Notes under the pieces: model-generated | The model's input: only the letters and a program-made list of their open reading frames with translations | What the model was told of the DNA's origin: nothing | Databases searched by the model: none | Made by a program: the position numbers and the translations under genes | In this document: positions 27,904 through 37,548 of the stretch, in pieces | Layout: each line of letters starts with the position of its first letter | How positions within the stretch are numbered: the first letter of the stretch is position 1 | Assembly: GCA_947457465.1 (NCBI GenBank) | Contig: CANGWB010000005.1 | Span: 11,829 to 75,828 of the forward strand | Source of the DNA: Chitinophagaceae bacterium | GTDB lineage: Bacteria; Bacteroidota; Bacteroidia; Chitinophagales; Chitinophagaceae | Length of the DNA stretch: 64,000 nt | Reading direction: 5' to 3'

Positions 27904-29525
27904 GAATAATCACATGCTTGATCGGTCTACTGATCAGTTATACTTCAAGTGCACAGCGTCCTATCGACGTCCTTGACTACCAGTTCCAGCTCACTTTGTC
28001 GGATAGTTCAAATCTGATCCATGGCAAAGCAAGCATAGAATTCAAAGCCAATGAAACGGTCAATCAAATAGAGATCGATCTGGGTAAATACGATAAAAAC
28101 GGCAAGGGGATGCAAGTGACCTATGTGGGTCGATATGGCGACCGAAAAGGGAATCAACCAAACCGACTGGCTTTTGAATGGATTTCCGATGAGCGCATAC
28201 GCATCAAACTGGACATAACTGTTCAGAAAGATCAACAAGCGGGTATTTGGATTGAATACAACGGCATACCCCGCGACGGCCTGATCATATCTAAGAATAT
28301 GCACGGCGACCGCACCTTCTTTGCCGACAACTGGCCAAACCGAGCGCATCAATGGATTCCTTGCGTAGATGACCCCGCCGATAAAGCTTCCGTCTCGTTC
28401 ATCGTCTCCGCTCCGAAACATTATCGTGTTGTCTCCAATGGGGTTCCGATCGGTAACCCTAACAATGAATGGCCCGCGGGAATGACCACTTCCCATTGGG
28501 TAGAGAAAGTTCCGCTACCAACAAAAGTGATGGTGATCGGTGTCGCACGTTTTGAAGTAGACACGGTCGGCTATTTCATGACCAGTCTTCCAGTAACCAG
28601 CTGGGTCTTCCCCCAAGACACCGCTGCTGGCTTCAAAACCTATGCGCAGGCCATGCCCATTCTGATGTGGATGCGTAACCATATCGGCCATTACGCCTAT
28701 AGCAAGCTGGCCAACGTGCAGTCAAAGACCATCTTCGGCGGTATGGAAAATGCCAGCGCGATCTTTTACTACGAACAATCAGTGAAAGGAAAACGTGACG
28801 AAGAAGCACTCATCGCACACGAGATCGCTCATCAATGGTTCGGAAACATGGCCACCGAAAAAAGTTTTCACCACCTCTGGCTGAGCGAAGGCTTCGCCAC
28901 CTACATGACGCATCAATACATGGAATCGATATACGGTGATTCACTTTTGAAACAGCGGCTACAAGCCGACCGCGAAAAAATCAATGAATTCCTAAGTCGC
29001 ACCCCACGATCCGTCATCGATACCACCGCGAATTACATGAGCTTGCTGAACGCCAACAGCTATGAAAAAGGCGGATGGGTGTTGCACATGATCCGAAAAC
29101 AAGTTGGCGATGTGCTCTTTCGTCGGATCATCCGCGCTTATTACGAAAAATACGAGGGGAAAAATGCCGATACGGATGATTTTAGACGGATTGTAGAGTT
29201 ACTGACCAACCGCGACTGGTCCGTTTTCTTCAAACAGTGGCTAACCCAAAAAACAAACCCTTCTTTACAATTGACCTGGGAAAACGATACAAATGGAAAA
29301 CTAGCGACATTGGTGGTGCGTCAATTGCAAAACACCGAAGCATACTCTTTTCCGTTATCCATGGACCTGATCAACCGGTCGGGTGAGAAAAAACGGGTAA
29401 AGATCGATGTGACAAAAACCGAGCAGATCTTCATTCTCCCAACCAACGGAGAGATCGATTCGATCATCGTCGATCCGGATACGGAGTTGCTGATCGATAA
29501 ATTGATCGTCGCCCAAAAAAGCTGA
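27900..29525 (+). CDS. Secreted M1 family aminopeptidase
   Basis: Signal peptide; GGMEN, HEIAHQWFGN..18 aa..LSEGFATY, YEKGGWVLHM. Confidence 0.93.
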   Translation: MRIITCLIGLLISYTSSAQRPIDVLDYQFQLTLSDSSNLIHGKASIEFKANETVNQIEIDLGKYDKNGKGMQVTYVGRYGDRKGNQPNRLAFEWISDERIRIKLDITVQKDQQAGIWIEYNGIPRDGLIISKNMHGDRTFFADNWPNRAHQWIPCVDDPADKASVSFIVSAPKHYRVVSNGVPIGNPNNEWPAGMTTSHWVEKVPLPTKVMVIGVARFEVDTVGYFMTSLPVTSWVFPQDTAAGFKTYAQAMPILMWMRNHIGHYAYSKLANVQSKTIFGGMENASAIFYYEQSVKGKRDEEALIAHEIAHQWFGNMATEKSFHHLWLSEGFATYMTHQYMESIYGDSLLKQRLQADREKINEFLSRTPRSVIDTTANYMSLLNANSYEKGGWVLHMIRKQVGDVLFRRIIRAYYEKYEGKNADTDDFRRIVELLTNRDWSVFFKQWLTQKTNPSLQLTWENDTNGKLATLVVRQLQNTEAYSFPLSMDLINRSGEKKRVKIDVTKTEQIFILPTNGEIDSIIVDPDTELLIDKLIVAQKS

Positions 29526-29579
29526 CACCCCCCGATTCGACGTATTGACTTCCGGCTCTTCGACATTTAGTTTCGCCGG

Positions 29580-31127
29580 ATGCTCATCAAAACATTCGGC
29601 AGCGCCGTACAAGGAGTTGATGCGATCACCATCACACTGGAAGTGAATGGTATGAGCAGCACTCGAGATCCGTTGATCGTAGGATTACCGGATCATGCGA
29701 TTCGTGAAAGTATGCAGCGGATTGAAAGTGCACTGAAGACGAACGGATATGATATGCCGCGCACCAAAGTAGTGATCAACCTGGCGCCGGCCGATATACG
29801 AAAAAGCGGTACTGCCTTCGATCTGCCGATGGCGATCGGCATACTGGCTGCATCCGAACAGATCGAGTATACCACCCGGATACAGGAGTTTGTGGTCATG
29901 GGCGAGTTGGCGCTAGATGGTGGGATACGCCCCATCAAAGGTGCACTGCCGATCGCTTGCAGGGCAAAACAGGATGGCTTCAAAGGGGTGATCCTTCCAA
30001 AAGAAAATGTACAGGAAGCTGCTTTGGTAGAGGGACTGGACGTGTATGGAGCTAAAGATTTAAAGGAGGTGCTTGATTTTTTCATCAGCGAAACAGTCAA
30101 ACTGAAGCGGGCACACATATCTCTTTGTACCGATCCTGAAAAACTAAGGCTCGGAGAGTCGATCGACTTTGCAGATGTAAAGGGGCAGGAGCACGTGAAG
30201 CGGGCACTGGAGATCGCTGCGGCCGGCGGACATAATGCAATATTGATCGGTCCGCCCGGTTCCGGCAAAACCATGCTCGCCAAACGATTCGGTACAATCC
30301 TTCCTCCCCTATCGATGGAAGAAGCACTGGAGACGACCAAGATCCATTCGGTATGCGGAAAGTTATCTGGGGTGAACGGACTGGTACGCGACCGACCCTT
30401 TCGTGCACCGCATCATACGATTTCAGATATAGCACTGGTCGGTGGAGGTACCCAGCCACAACCCGGTGAGATATCGCTGGCGCATCATGGGGTATTGTTT
30501 TTGGATGAATTACCGGAATTCAAACGAACAGTACTGGATGTGATGCGCCAACCTATGGAAGAAAAAAAAGTCAGTATCTCGCGATCAAGGATCGCCGTGG
30601 AATTTCCCGCATCCTTTATGCTGGTCGCCTCCATGAATCCCTGTCCCTGCGGCTATTATAATCATCCGGAACGAAATTGCCATTGTGCACCCGGACAAGT
30701 TCAACGATACCTGAATCGCGTATCCGGACCACTACTCGACCGCATCGATCTGCATGTGGAAGTGACGCCTGTATCTTACACTGATCTGGCATCTGTAAAG
30801 GACGGTGAATCATCGGCAACCATCCGAAAAAGAGTGATCCGTGCTCGTGAATTGCAGCTACTGCGTTTCGGCCCTCAATCCCGGGTGCACACGAACGTAG
30901 CCATGCAGGGTAAATGGATCGAAAAGCACTGTCGATTGAGTGAATCCGGAGATAAACTACTGCGTACCGCGATGGAAAAACTGAACCTTTCCGCACGCGC
31001 ATACGACCGAATCAGAAAAGTAGCGCGGACGATCGCAGACCTGAACGAAGAAGAAAATATCCAAACAGAACACGTCGCCGAAGCCATTCAGTACCGTAGC
31101 CTGGACAGAGAGAACTGGAGCCGGTAG
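29580..31127 (+). CDS. comM: YifB/ComM family Mg-chelatase-like AAA+ ATPase
   Basis: VINLAPADIRKSG.AFDLP, GELALDG, GPPGSGKTMLA, RPFRAPHHT, LFLDELPEF, MNPCPCGY, SGPLLDRID, SARAYDR. Confidence 0.9.
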   Translation: MLIKTFGSAVQGVDAITITLEVNGMSSTRDPLIVGLPDHAIRESMQRIESALKTNGYDMPRTKVVINLAPADIRKSGTAFDLPMAIGILAASEQIEYTTRIQEFVVMGELALDGGIRPIKGALPIACRAKQDGFKGVILPKENVQEAALVEGLDVYGAKDLKEVLDFFISETVKLKRAHISLCTDPEKLRLGESIDFADVKGQEHVKRALEIAAAGGHNAILIGPPGSGKTMLAKRFGTILPPLSMEEALETTKIHSVCGKLSGVNGLVRDRPFRAPHHTISDIALVGGGTQPQPGEISLAHHGVLFLDELPEFKRTVLDVMRQPMEEKKVSISRSRIAVEFPASFMLVASMNPCPCGYYNHPERNCHCAPGQVQRYLNRVSGPLLDRIDLHVEVTPVSYTDLASVKDGESSATIRKRVIRARELQLLRFGPQSRVHTNVAMQGKWIEKHCRLSESGDKLLRTAMEKLNLSARAYDRIRKVARTIADLNEEENIQTEHVAEAIQYRSLDRENWSR

Positions 31128-31143
31128 GAGTTATATTTGCACC

Positions 31144-31914
31144 GTGCTCACCTTCGAACCATACCAATCACTCAACGGATTTTACGATCACATCTATGTG
31201 GTGAGCGTACGTGCGGCTGTAGAGCGGCGGACTAGATTTGATCAACGGTTCCAGGGACTGAAATATGAATACTTTTTTGGAGCTGATAAAGATCAATTCA
31301 CCATCGATCAACTAAAAGCAGAAGGCATATTCAGTGAATCATTGGCACGAATGCGTCATCGTTTCGGAAAAACAATGCGACCCGGTGAGATCGCCTGCTC
31401 CTGGAGTCATCGGATGATCTATGAAGACATGCTCAAAAAAGGATACGAGCGGGTCTTGATCCTCGAGGATGACGCTGTACCCGATGAGATTACCCTAGCA
31501 CAATTGAAGCAGGCGCTGGAGGAACTACCCAAGAATGCAGAACTAGTTTACTGGGGCTGGGGGAAAAATGGTGAACGCAATATCAGCGGGTGGTGGAAAC
31601 AACTGGTCTATCACATCCAACATGCAGTGGGCTTTTTGAAATGGAATCACCGGATCATACAGAACTTATATGCACGTCCGTTTAACGCGTATTTCAAAAA
31701 AGCAGGATTTCACGACTTCACCTATGCCTATGCCATTTCCAGATCGGGTGCAGAAAAACTGATCCGAATGCAAACCCCGATCCAGTACATCGCTGACAAT
31801 CTATTAGCGCACGCGGCTACAGAGGAAGATGTGATCGCCTACACCGCCTGGCCAAAGTATTTCCTGCACGACGAAGGTCCGGGCGGACAAGCGAACCCTT
31901 CGTATATTCGCTGA
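31144..31914 (+). CDS. Glycosyltransferase family 25
   Basis: IYVVS..R.ERR, GEIACSWSH, LILEDDA, YAISRSGAEKL, IADN. Confidence 0.85.
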   Translation: MLTFEPYQSLNGFYDHIYVVSVRAAVERRTRFDQRFQGLKYEYFFGADKDQFTIDQLKAEGIFSESLARMRHRFGKTMRPGEIACSWSHRMIYEDMLKKGYERVLILEDDAVPDEITLAQLKQALEELPKNAELVYWGWGKNGERNISGWWKQLVYHIQHAVGFLKWNHRIIQNLYARPFNAYFKKAGFHDFTYAYAISRSGAEKLIRMQTPIQYIADNLLAHAATEEDVIAYTAWPKYFLHDEGPGGQANPSYIR

Positions 31915-31931
31915 TTGACTTTTTCCCTTCC

Positions 31932-33725
31932 ATGAAAATTCTGTTCCATTATTTACGCCCCCACCGCGGTTGGGTAGCCTTGCTGCTTCTGCTTTCGGGC
32001 ATCAATATCGGTTTCTCGCTGATCGATCCGATCCTGCTTGGTAAATTGGTCAACCTGGCAAATCATTATTCCAGTAACCGCGAGGAGTATGACTTCAATA
32101 AATTCTTCTGGTCGTTTCAGGAAAATCCGCATTATGGGGTTGGGGCCTTGTTACTGACCTCGATCAGTGTGGCCATGATCAGCCGTATTGCAAAAGCCTT
32201 TCAGGATTACTTGCTGACTCGCATCACGCAGCAATTCGGCGCCACGGTCTTCACCGAGGGATTACAACACGCGATGCGTCTTCCCTACCAGGAATTTGAA
32301 GATGCCCGCAGTGGTGAAACCCTGAGCGTCTTACAGAAAGTGCGGACCGATACAGAAAAATTCGTCGCCTCTTTCATCAACATACTCTTCCCGATCATTG
32401 TCGGCATCCTTTTTGTTGCCGTATATGCTGCTGCCATTCACTGGAGTTTACCATTGATCTATTTCGGTGGGATCTTTTTACTGACGATTATTTCCAATCT
32501 GCTCAGTAAGAAAGTCAAGATCATTCAAAAGAAGATCGTCGGACAAACCACAGCCCTGGCCGGAGCCACCACCGAATCACTTCGAAATATCGAGTTGGTG
32601 AAAAGTTTGGGACTGACCACGCAAGAAGTAAAACGCCTCAACCAGAATACATTCAAGATCCTGGGCTTGGAAATGACCAAGGTAAAACGAGTACGCAGCA
32701 TCAGCTTTGTACAAGGTACGTTTGTGAACACCCTTCGTCAGGTAATCCTTTTCATGCTGATGTGGCTCATATTCCGAGACAAAATGAATGCGGGTCAGCT
32801 GGTGACCATGCAGATCTTTTCCTTCTTTGTCTTTGGTCCGCTACAAGAGATCGGCAACATCATACTCACCTATCGGGAAGCACAAGCCTCACTGGAAAAT
32901 TTCGGCCAATTGATGGAGAAGAAACCGGAACCTGAGCCAGCCACACCTACTACGCTCGGACCGATCGAACAACTGGCTTTCGATCAGGTCCTGTTCCGAA
33001 ACCGGGAAGGTGGACAACCTGCCGTGAACGGCATAAGCTTCGAGGCCCGTCGCGGCGAAACCATCGCTTTTGTGGGTCCGTCTGGTTCCGGAAAAACCAC
33101 CCTGATGAAATTACTGGTCGGTCTTTACCGACCACAGGAAGGCACCATCTATTTCAATAACCTGCCTGAATCGCAGATACATTTTCAAGAAGTACGGGAT
33201 CAGATCGGGTTTGTTACACAGGATACACAACTCTTCTCCGGTACGATTCGGGAGAATCTTTTGTTTGTTCGACCTGATGCAACAGACGAGCAACTTATCG
33301 ACGTGATCAACCGAGCCTCTTGCCAGAACCTGATGACCCGATCGGATGAAGGACTTAATGCGCGGATCGGAGAAGGCGGACTGAAACTATCAGGAGGAGA
33401 AAAACAACGTCTTTCCATTGCTCGCGCATTACTCCGAAACCCACGACTTTTGTTGTTTGACGAAGCCACTTCGGCATTGGATTCCATAACGGAGGAAGAG
33501 ATCAACAACACGATCCGGAATGTATCACAACGTGGCGAACAGATAACAATCCTGATCGCACATCGCTTATCGACGATCCTGCATGCCGATCGTATCTATG
33601 TCCTGGAAAAAGGCGACATCGTAGAAACCGGTACGCATCAGCAATTACTGAATGAAAAAGGGTTGTATTTTGCGATGTGGCGACAACAGATAGGTGAACG
33701 TAAAAATGATCAAATCAATTCCTAA
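31932..33725 (+). CDS. ABC exporter, fused permease/ATP-binding protein
   Basis: Six TM segments; GPSGSGKT, LSGGEKQR, LLFDEATSALD, IAHRLST. Confidence 0.95.
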   Translation: MKILFHYLRPHRGWVALLLLLSGINIGFSLIDPILLGKLVNLANHYSSNREEYDFNKFFWSFQENPHYGVGALLLTSISVAMISRIAKAFQDYLLTRITQQFGATVFTEGLQHAMRLPYQEFEDARSGETLSVLQKVRTDTEKFVASFINILFPIIVGILFVAVYAAAIHWSLPLIYFGGIFLLTIISNLLSKKVKIIQKKIVGQTTALAGATTESLRNIELVKSLGLTTQEVKRLNQNTFKILGLEMTKVKRVRSISFVQGTFVNTLRQVILFMLMWLIFRDKMNAGQLVTMQIFSFFVFGPLQEIGNIILTYREAQASLENFGQLMEKKPEPEPATPTTLGPIEQLAFDQVLFRNREGGQPAVNGISFEARRGETIAFVGPSGSGKTTLMKLLVGLYRPQEGTIYFNNLPESQIHFQEVRDQIGFVTQDTQLFSGTIRENLLFVRPDATDEQLIDVINRASCQNLMTRSDEGLNARIGEGGLKLSGGEKQRLSIARALLRNPRLLLFDEATSALDSITEEEINNTIRNVSQRGEQITILIAHRLSTILHADRIYVLEKGDIVETGTHQQLLNEKGLYFAMWRQQIGERKNDQINS

Positions 33726-34030
33726 TGGGCATTTTATCCTGGCTCGGTTTTGGAAACAACGGCCTTAAAAAAGCGCTGGAAGCAGGCGCCACCATTGTTG
33801 ATGTACGAACCCCTCATGAGTTCGATCAAGGAAAAATCCCCGGGTCGATCAATATCCCGGTCGATAGACTATCCAGTCAGATCAACAAACTTAAATCGAT
33901 AGACACGCCTATCGTCGTTTGCTGCGCCTCGGGCATGCGGGCCGGAATGGCAAAGTCGGTTTTGAAAAAAGCCGGCATCAAGGACGTGTACAACGGCGGT
34001 GGTTGGCAATCCCTGATGCAGAAATTATAA
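33725..34030 (+). CDS. Rhodanese-like domain protein
   Basis: IVDVRTP.EF..G.IPGSINIP, CCASGMRA active-site loop. Confidence 0.9.
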   Translation: MGILSWLGFGNNGLKKALEAGATIVDVRTPHEFDQGKIPGSINIPVDRLSSQINKLKSIDTPIVVCCASGMRAGMAKSVLKKAGIKDVYNGGGWQSLMQKL

Positions 34031-34483
34031 TGCTTGGTCTTTTTTCTCCGATCGGTCAGTGACCATATCATAGAAGATATTGGAGCGTTCCAGCTCCTCG
34101 ATATCACTTAGCTCCAATTCAATCGCCTTGGTACTCTGTGTGATCTCTACCAGTGATAAGATCAGCGAAGCGATCAGGGACAGTAAGCTTATGGCAAAGA
34201 TCCATTCTGCTGCGTCCAACGCTTCCCGATAAAGTGCGTACATACAGGCGACACAGCCCAGAAAACTCAGGATGCCCAATGCCTGCATGTAACGGATCAG
34301 ATTGATCCGTCTACGCAAACTAGCGATCTGAGCAAGTAGAGTTGGATGCACCTTTCCCTTCTTGTATTCTTCATGTAAGCGTCGCACCAGATTCGCCAGC
34401 GCCAGAAACCGGTTGGTATACGCCAGCATCAGCAACGTGATGCCTGGGAACAATAAAGCAGGGGTATTGAGGTTGATGTCCAT
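34025..34483 (-). CDS. DUF2721 family membrane protein
   Basis: TPALLFPGITLLMLAYTNRFLALA..VR.LH...QI..LRRR..LIR.MQ. Confidence 0.85.
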   Translation of the reverse strand: MDINLNTPALLFPGITLLMLAYTNRFLALANLVRRLHEEYKKGKVHPTLLAQIASLRRRINLIRYMQALGILSFLGCVACMYALYREALDAAEWIFAISLLSLIASLILSLVEITQSTKAIELELSDIEELERSNIFYDMVTDRSEKKDQAL

Positions 34484-34509
34484 ACCCTAAATATGAGATA
34501 ATTATTTCA

Positions 34510-36924
34510 CTATCTCGATATCCGGATCGGAACGATCAGCTTGATGTATGCATTGCGACCCTGATTGAATACTCCTACCCGGCCATTGATGGGATTCTCA
34601 TCTGTGTACTTCAACCGACTGAGGTGATTCTGCCAAGCCACATCGAATAAGTTAGTGATACCTGCATGCCAGCTGAACTGAATCTGGTTTTTTCGGTTTA
34701 CAACATCAGATCCAAATCCCAGGTTGACCAAGGTATAACTCGCTGTTTCTGTTTCTGTGCCAAATCCACTGAAAAATCGATTTTGACGTGCATTGATATC
34801 GAGGTCGATCTTGGCATATCCCCTGCGAATATTTGCACCCCATTTTTTCAGATCAGCTCTGAATTCAGAACGCCAGCGAGGAGCCGGAATCAGCGGTAAC
34901 CGATCGCTTCCTGGGGTAGAAAAATCAACCCTTTCATCAAAACGGCCGTATACCCAAGAAAAACTGTTTTGCCAGTGCAACCAGTCGAGCGGATGTGGAT
35001 GCAGATCGAACACCAACTCAAGTCCTGCCAACTGGGCGTTTCGTTGCTCGAACTGGAAAGCCATTAGGTCCTCCCCGTCCACATTCACCAATGAATCCCC
35101 TCCGTTGGCAGATAAAAGCTTCTGATAAAAAATGAAATTGCTGATGTTGTTGTAGAAAGCGGAGAGTCCGATCTGTAAATGATCGTAGGAAAGTTCCAAT
35201 CCGGCATCGAATTGCCAGCTCCTTTCCGACAAAAGCGAAGGGATACCATATTCATATCGATTGGTACCCTCATGCGTACCATTACTGGTCAACTCAGCAA
35301 CCGTGGGGGCTCTAAACCCACGTGCAACATTGAACTTCAACGTAAAGGCAGAATCCAACTCCCAACTGTAGCCCAAGGAGGCGGAGACGTTAGAAAAGTT
35401 ACGCTTTTGGGCGACGAATTTTTGCTCCGCGCCCTCCATAGCCGCATCGCTCTCCAGACGACGGTAATCATATCGTAATCCACCGCTCAGTGTTCCCTTA
35501 TTGAAAAATCGCTGTGTATGAGCGAATAGTCCCATATCAAAGAGCCGATATTCGGGAATCAGTAATTCCTCTCCCTTATTTTTATTCTGCTGCTGCATAC
35601 CATTGGCGCCAAGTGTAGTATGCCATTCTTTTACGGATGGCAATTGCCAGTGAAGTGTATAGTTCAAGGTATTCAGGTCGAAAAACAATTCCTGCTCCGC
35701 CGGATCTTCAGGATTTCCAAATTCGATTCGCTGATTGCGTTGCCAAGCAAGATTCGCTTTTACTAAACTGCGACCAACGCTCCATTGATTATCTGATACC
35801 AATCGATCATGTATCACTTGCTGGTTGGGTATCAACGGTTTTCGACCACGAAGATCCGCTTTGGTGGCAATGCGCTCTAATGGACTTCCCCCATATAGAA
35901 TAAATGCTCCAGTTGCATCATCCCGATCGCCTTCTACCAATCCGGGTTTTTGATTAAACCGCGTAAACACCAAGTGACTGAATCCGCGAGCGCGATTGAC
36001 ACCAACTTGTCCACCGAAATTCTGTTCGGAAAAACGAGAATTCAGCACCCGCCCATCTACTCGATTACCATAATCATGCGCAGATTTCGTGGTCACATAT
36101 CCCCCCCAGTTGATTCCTTTGTGTTGACCTGACAAGCGGAGATTGGAATGCAGCAGTCCGCTATTCGACTGGAATCCATTCAACCATTGCCCTTGTATCG
36201 TTCCCTCCGGTGCAGGGGCTTGTGTGAGAAATTGCACCACACCCGCCAAAGCATCACTGCCATACATCAAAGAGGCCGGTCCTTTGACTACCTCGATACC
36301 CGTAACGGTCGCCTCATCGATTTCGATACCATGCTCATCACCCCATTGCTGTCCCTCCTGACGAACCCCATCCTGCATCACAACGATCCGGTTTGCGCCC
36401 AAACCTCGAATAATGGGCTTGGAAATAGCCGGACCGGTACTGACAGATGCCACTCCCGGTAAAACAGTCATTGCCTCCACAATATTGGTCGCTGAAGACT
36501 GTAACAACGCTTGCCTGCGCAGTACAGAAATGGCTACCGGAGTTTTTCGGATGGTGGTTGCCGACCCAACACCCGTGATGACTACTCCTGCATTCTCTGT
36601 GATATATGGCTGAAGGGAGATGTTGAAAACAGCATCTTTCTCCAATTCAATGTGTTCAACCCAAGTTGAATATCCAACGGCACTGATCTCCAGCACATGA
36701 TGGCCCGCCGGAATCTGTTCAAATAAAAACTCACCTTTTTCATTGGTGATCGCTTGTCGACGAATATCCGGCAATTGAACCGTAGCAGCTACCACGATTT
36801 CACCGGTACGAGCATCGATCACCTTACCGGTTATTCGAAAGGCAGGCGGAACAACCGTAGCAGCCGCAGAAGCCGAAACAAAAAGAAATAAAAAAGTCAG
36901 TTGCGTGAAAAGAAAGCGCATCAT
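34510..36924 (-). CDS. TonB-dependent receptor (probably metal uptake)
   Basis: Signal peptide, carboxypeptidase-regulatory-like N-domain, plug with PIIRG and QWGDEHGIEID, KGPASLMYGSDA, C-terminal barrel strands. Start at ATG 36924 or 36921. Confidence 0.92.
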   Translation of the reverse strand: MMRFLFTQLTFLFLFVSASAAATVVPPAFRITGKVIDARTGEIVVAATVQLPDIRRQAITNEKGEFLFEQIPAGHHVLEISAVGYSTWVEHIELEKDAVFNISLQPYITENAGVVITGVGSATTIRKTPVAISVLRRQALLQSSATNIVEAMTVLPGVASVSTGPAISKPIIRGLGANRIVVMQDGVRQEGQQWGDEHGIEIDEATVTGIEVVKGPASLMYGSDALAGVVQFLTQAPAPEGTIQGQWLNGFQSNSGLLHSNLRLSGQHKGINWGGYVTTKSAHDYGNRVDGRVLNSRFSEQNFGGQVGVNRARGFSHLVFTRFNQKPGLVEGDRDDATGAFILYGGSPLERIATKADLRGRKPLIPNQQVIHDRLVSDNQWSVGRSLVKANLAWQRNQRIEFGNPEDPAEQELFFDLNTLNYTLHWQLPSVKEWHTTLGANGMQQQNKNKGEELLIPEYRLFDMGLFAHTQRFFNKGTLSGGLRYDYRRLESDAAMEGAEQKFVAQKRNFSNVSASLGYSWELDSAFTLKFNVARGFRAPTVAELTSNGTHEGTNRYEYGIPSLLSERSWQFDAGLELSYDHLQIGLSAFYNNISNFIFYQKLLSANGGDSLVNVDGEDLMAFQFEQRNAQLAGLELVFDLHPHPLDWLHWQNSFSWVYGRFDERVDFSTPGSDRLPLIPAPRWRSEFRADLKKWGANIRRGYAKIDLDINARQNRFFSGFGTETETASYTLVNLGFGSDVVNRKNQIQFSWHAGITNLFDVAWQNHLSRLKYTDENPINGRVGVFNQGRNAYIKLIVPIRISR

Positions 36925-36925
36925 A

Positions 36926-36968
36926 TTTGAAACTTTGTTGCAAATATATAAATGCAACATTGTTTCAC
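36926..36968. promoter_or_regulatory. Two TGCAAC-N3-GTTGCA-like palindromes flanking and overlapping the TBDR -7 box
   Basis: TTTGAAAC-TTT-GTTGCAAA 36926-36944 and TGCAAC-ATT-GTTTCA 36953-36967; TATATTTG on the minus strand at 36948-36941. Confidence 0.65.
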
Positions 36969-36972
36969 AAAA

Positions 36973-37548
36973 TTAATCAGAGATCCGATGCCCGGCATTC
37001 ACCCAATCGGTGATCCGCTGCTTATCGATCGTAGTTAATTGGCCCCCTTGTGGCATGAAGCTGGGGGTTCCGTCGACACAACGCACTTTTATGCGCTGCC
37101 AGCCGGCGACGATACTCGCATCTGCATCGAAATTGAAATTGCCGCTGTTTCCGGCGTTCAGGTGACAGGGACCGCAATAACCCGAAACGATCTGTTTCAC
37201 CTGCGCAAATTTGGGACCGTAGTTCAATATAGTAACCTGAGCGGTATCCAAACATCCCCGGTTGTTTCGCACCGTGATCACGTATTTCCCGGGTGACAGA
37301 TTGGAAAACAGGCCGGATGACTGAAATGCGCCGTTATCCAGTTTGTAACTCACTGAATCACCAGCCGGATTGAATACTGCGATCGAACCGTTGTTTCCGG
37401 TTCCGATGGCGGGACTGGCACTGTAAATAATATCCAACTGAACCCCGGTGCATGGGTTGGGAGGTGCATCCCCCGTACAGGAGGCCATTACAGATACAAG
37501 GATCCATACGCTCGTGGTCTGCCTGAGTAGATCAATAAATCGATTCAT
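36973..37548 (-). CDS. Lipoprotein with an Ig/SprB-like repeat and a C-terminal monoheme c-type cytochrome domain
   Basis: Lipobox VMAS-C; CGPCH (CxxCH) and distal FMPQGG...L...DK..I.DWV..G; ATG 37548 overlaps the upstream stop. Confidence 0.7.
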   Translation of the reverse strand: MNRFIDLLRQTTSVWILVSVMASCTGDAPPNPCTGVQLDIIYSASPAIGTGNNGSIAVFNPAGDSVSYKLDNGAFQSSGLFSNLSPGKYVITVRNNRGCLDTAQVTILNYGPKFAQVKQIVSGYCGPCHLNAGNSGNFNFDADASIVAGWQRIKVRCVDGTPSFMPQGGQLTTIDKQRITDWVNAGHRISD

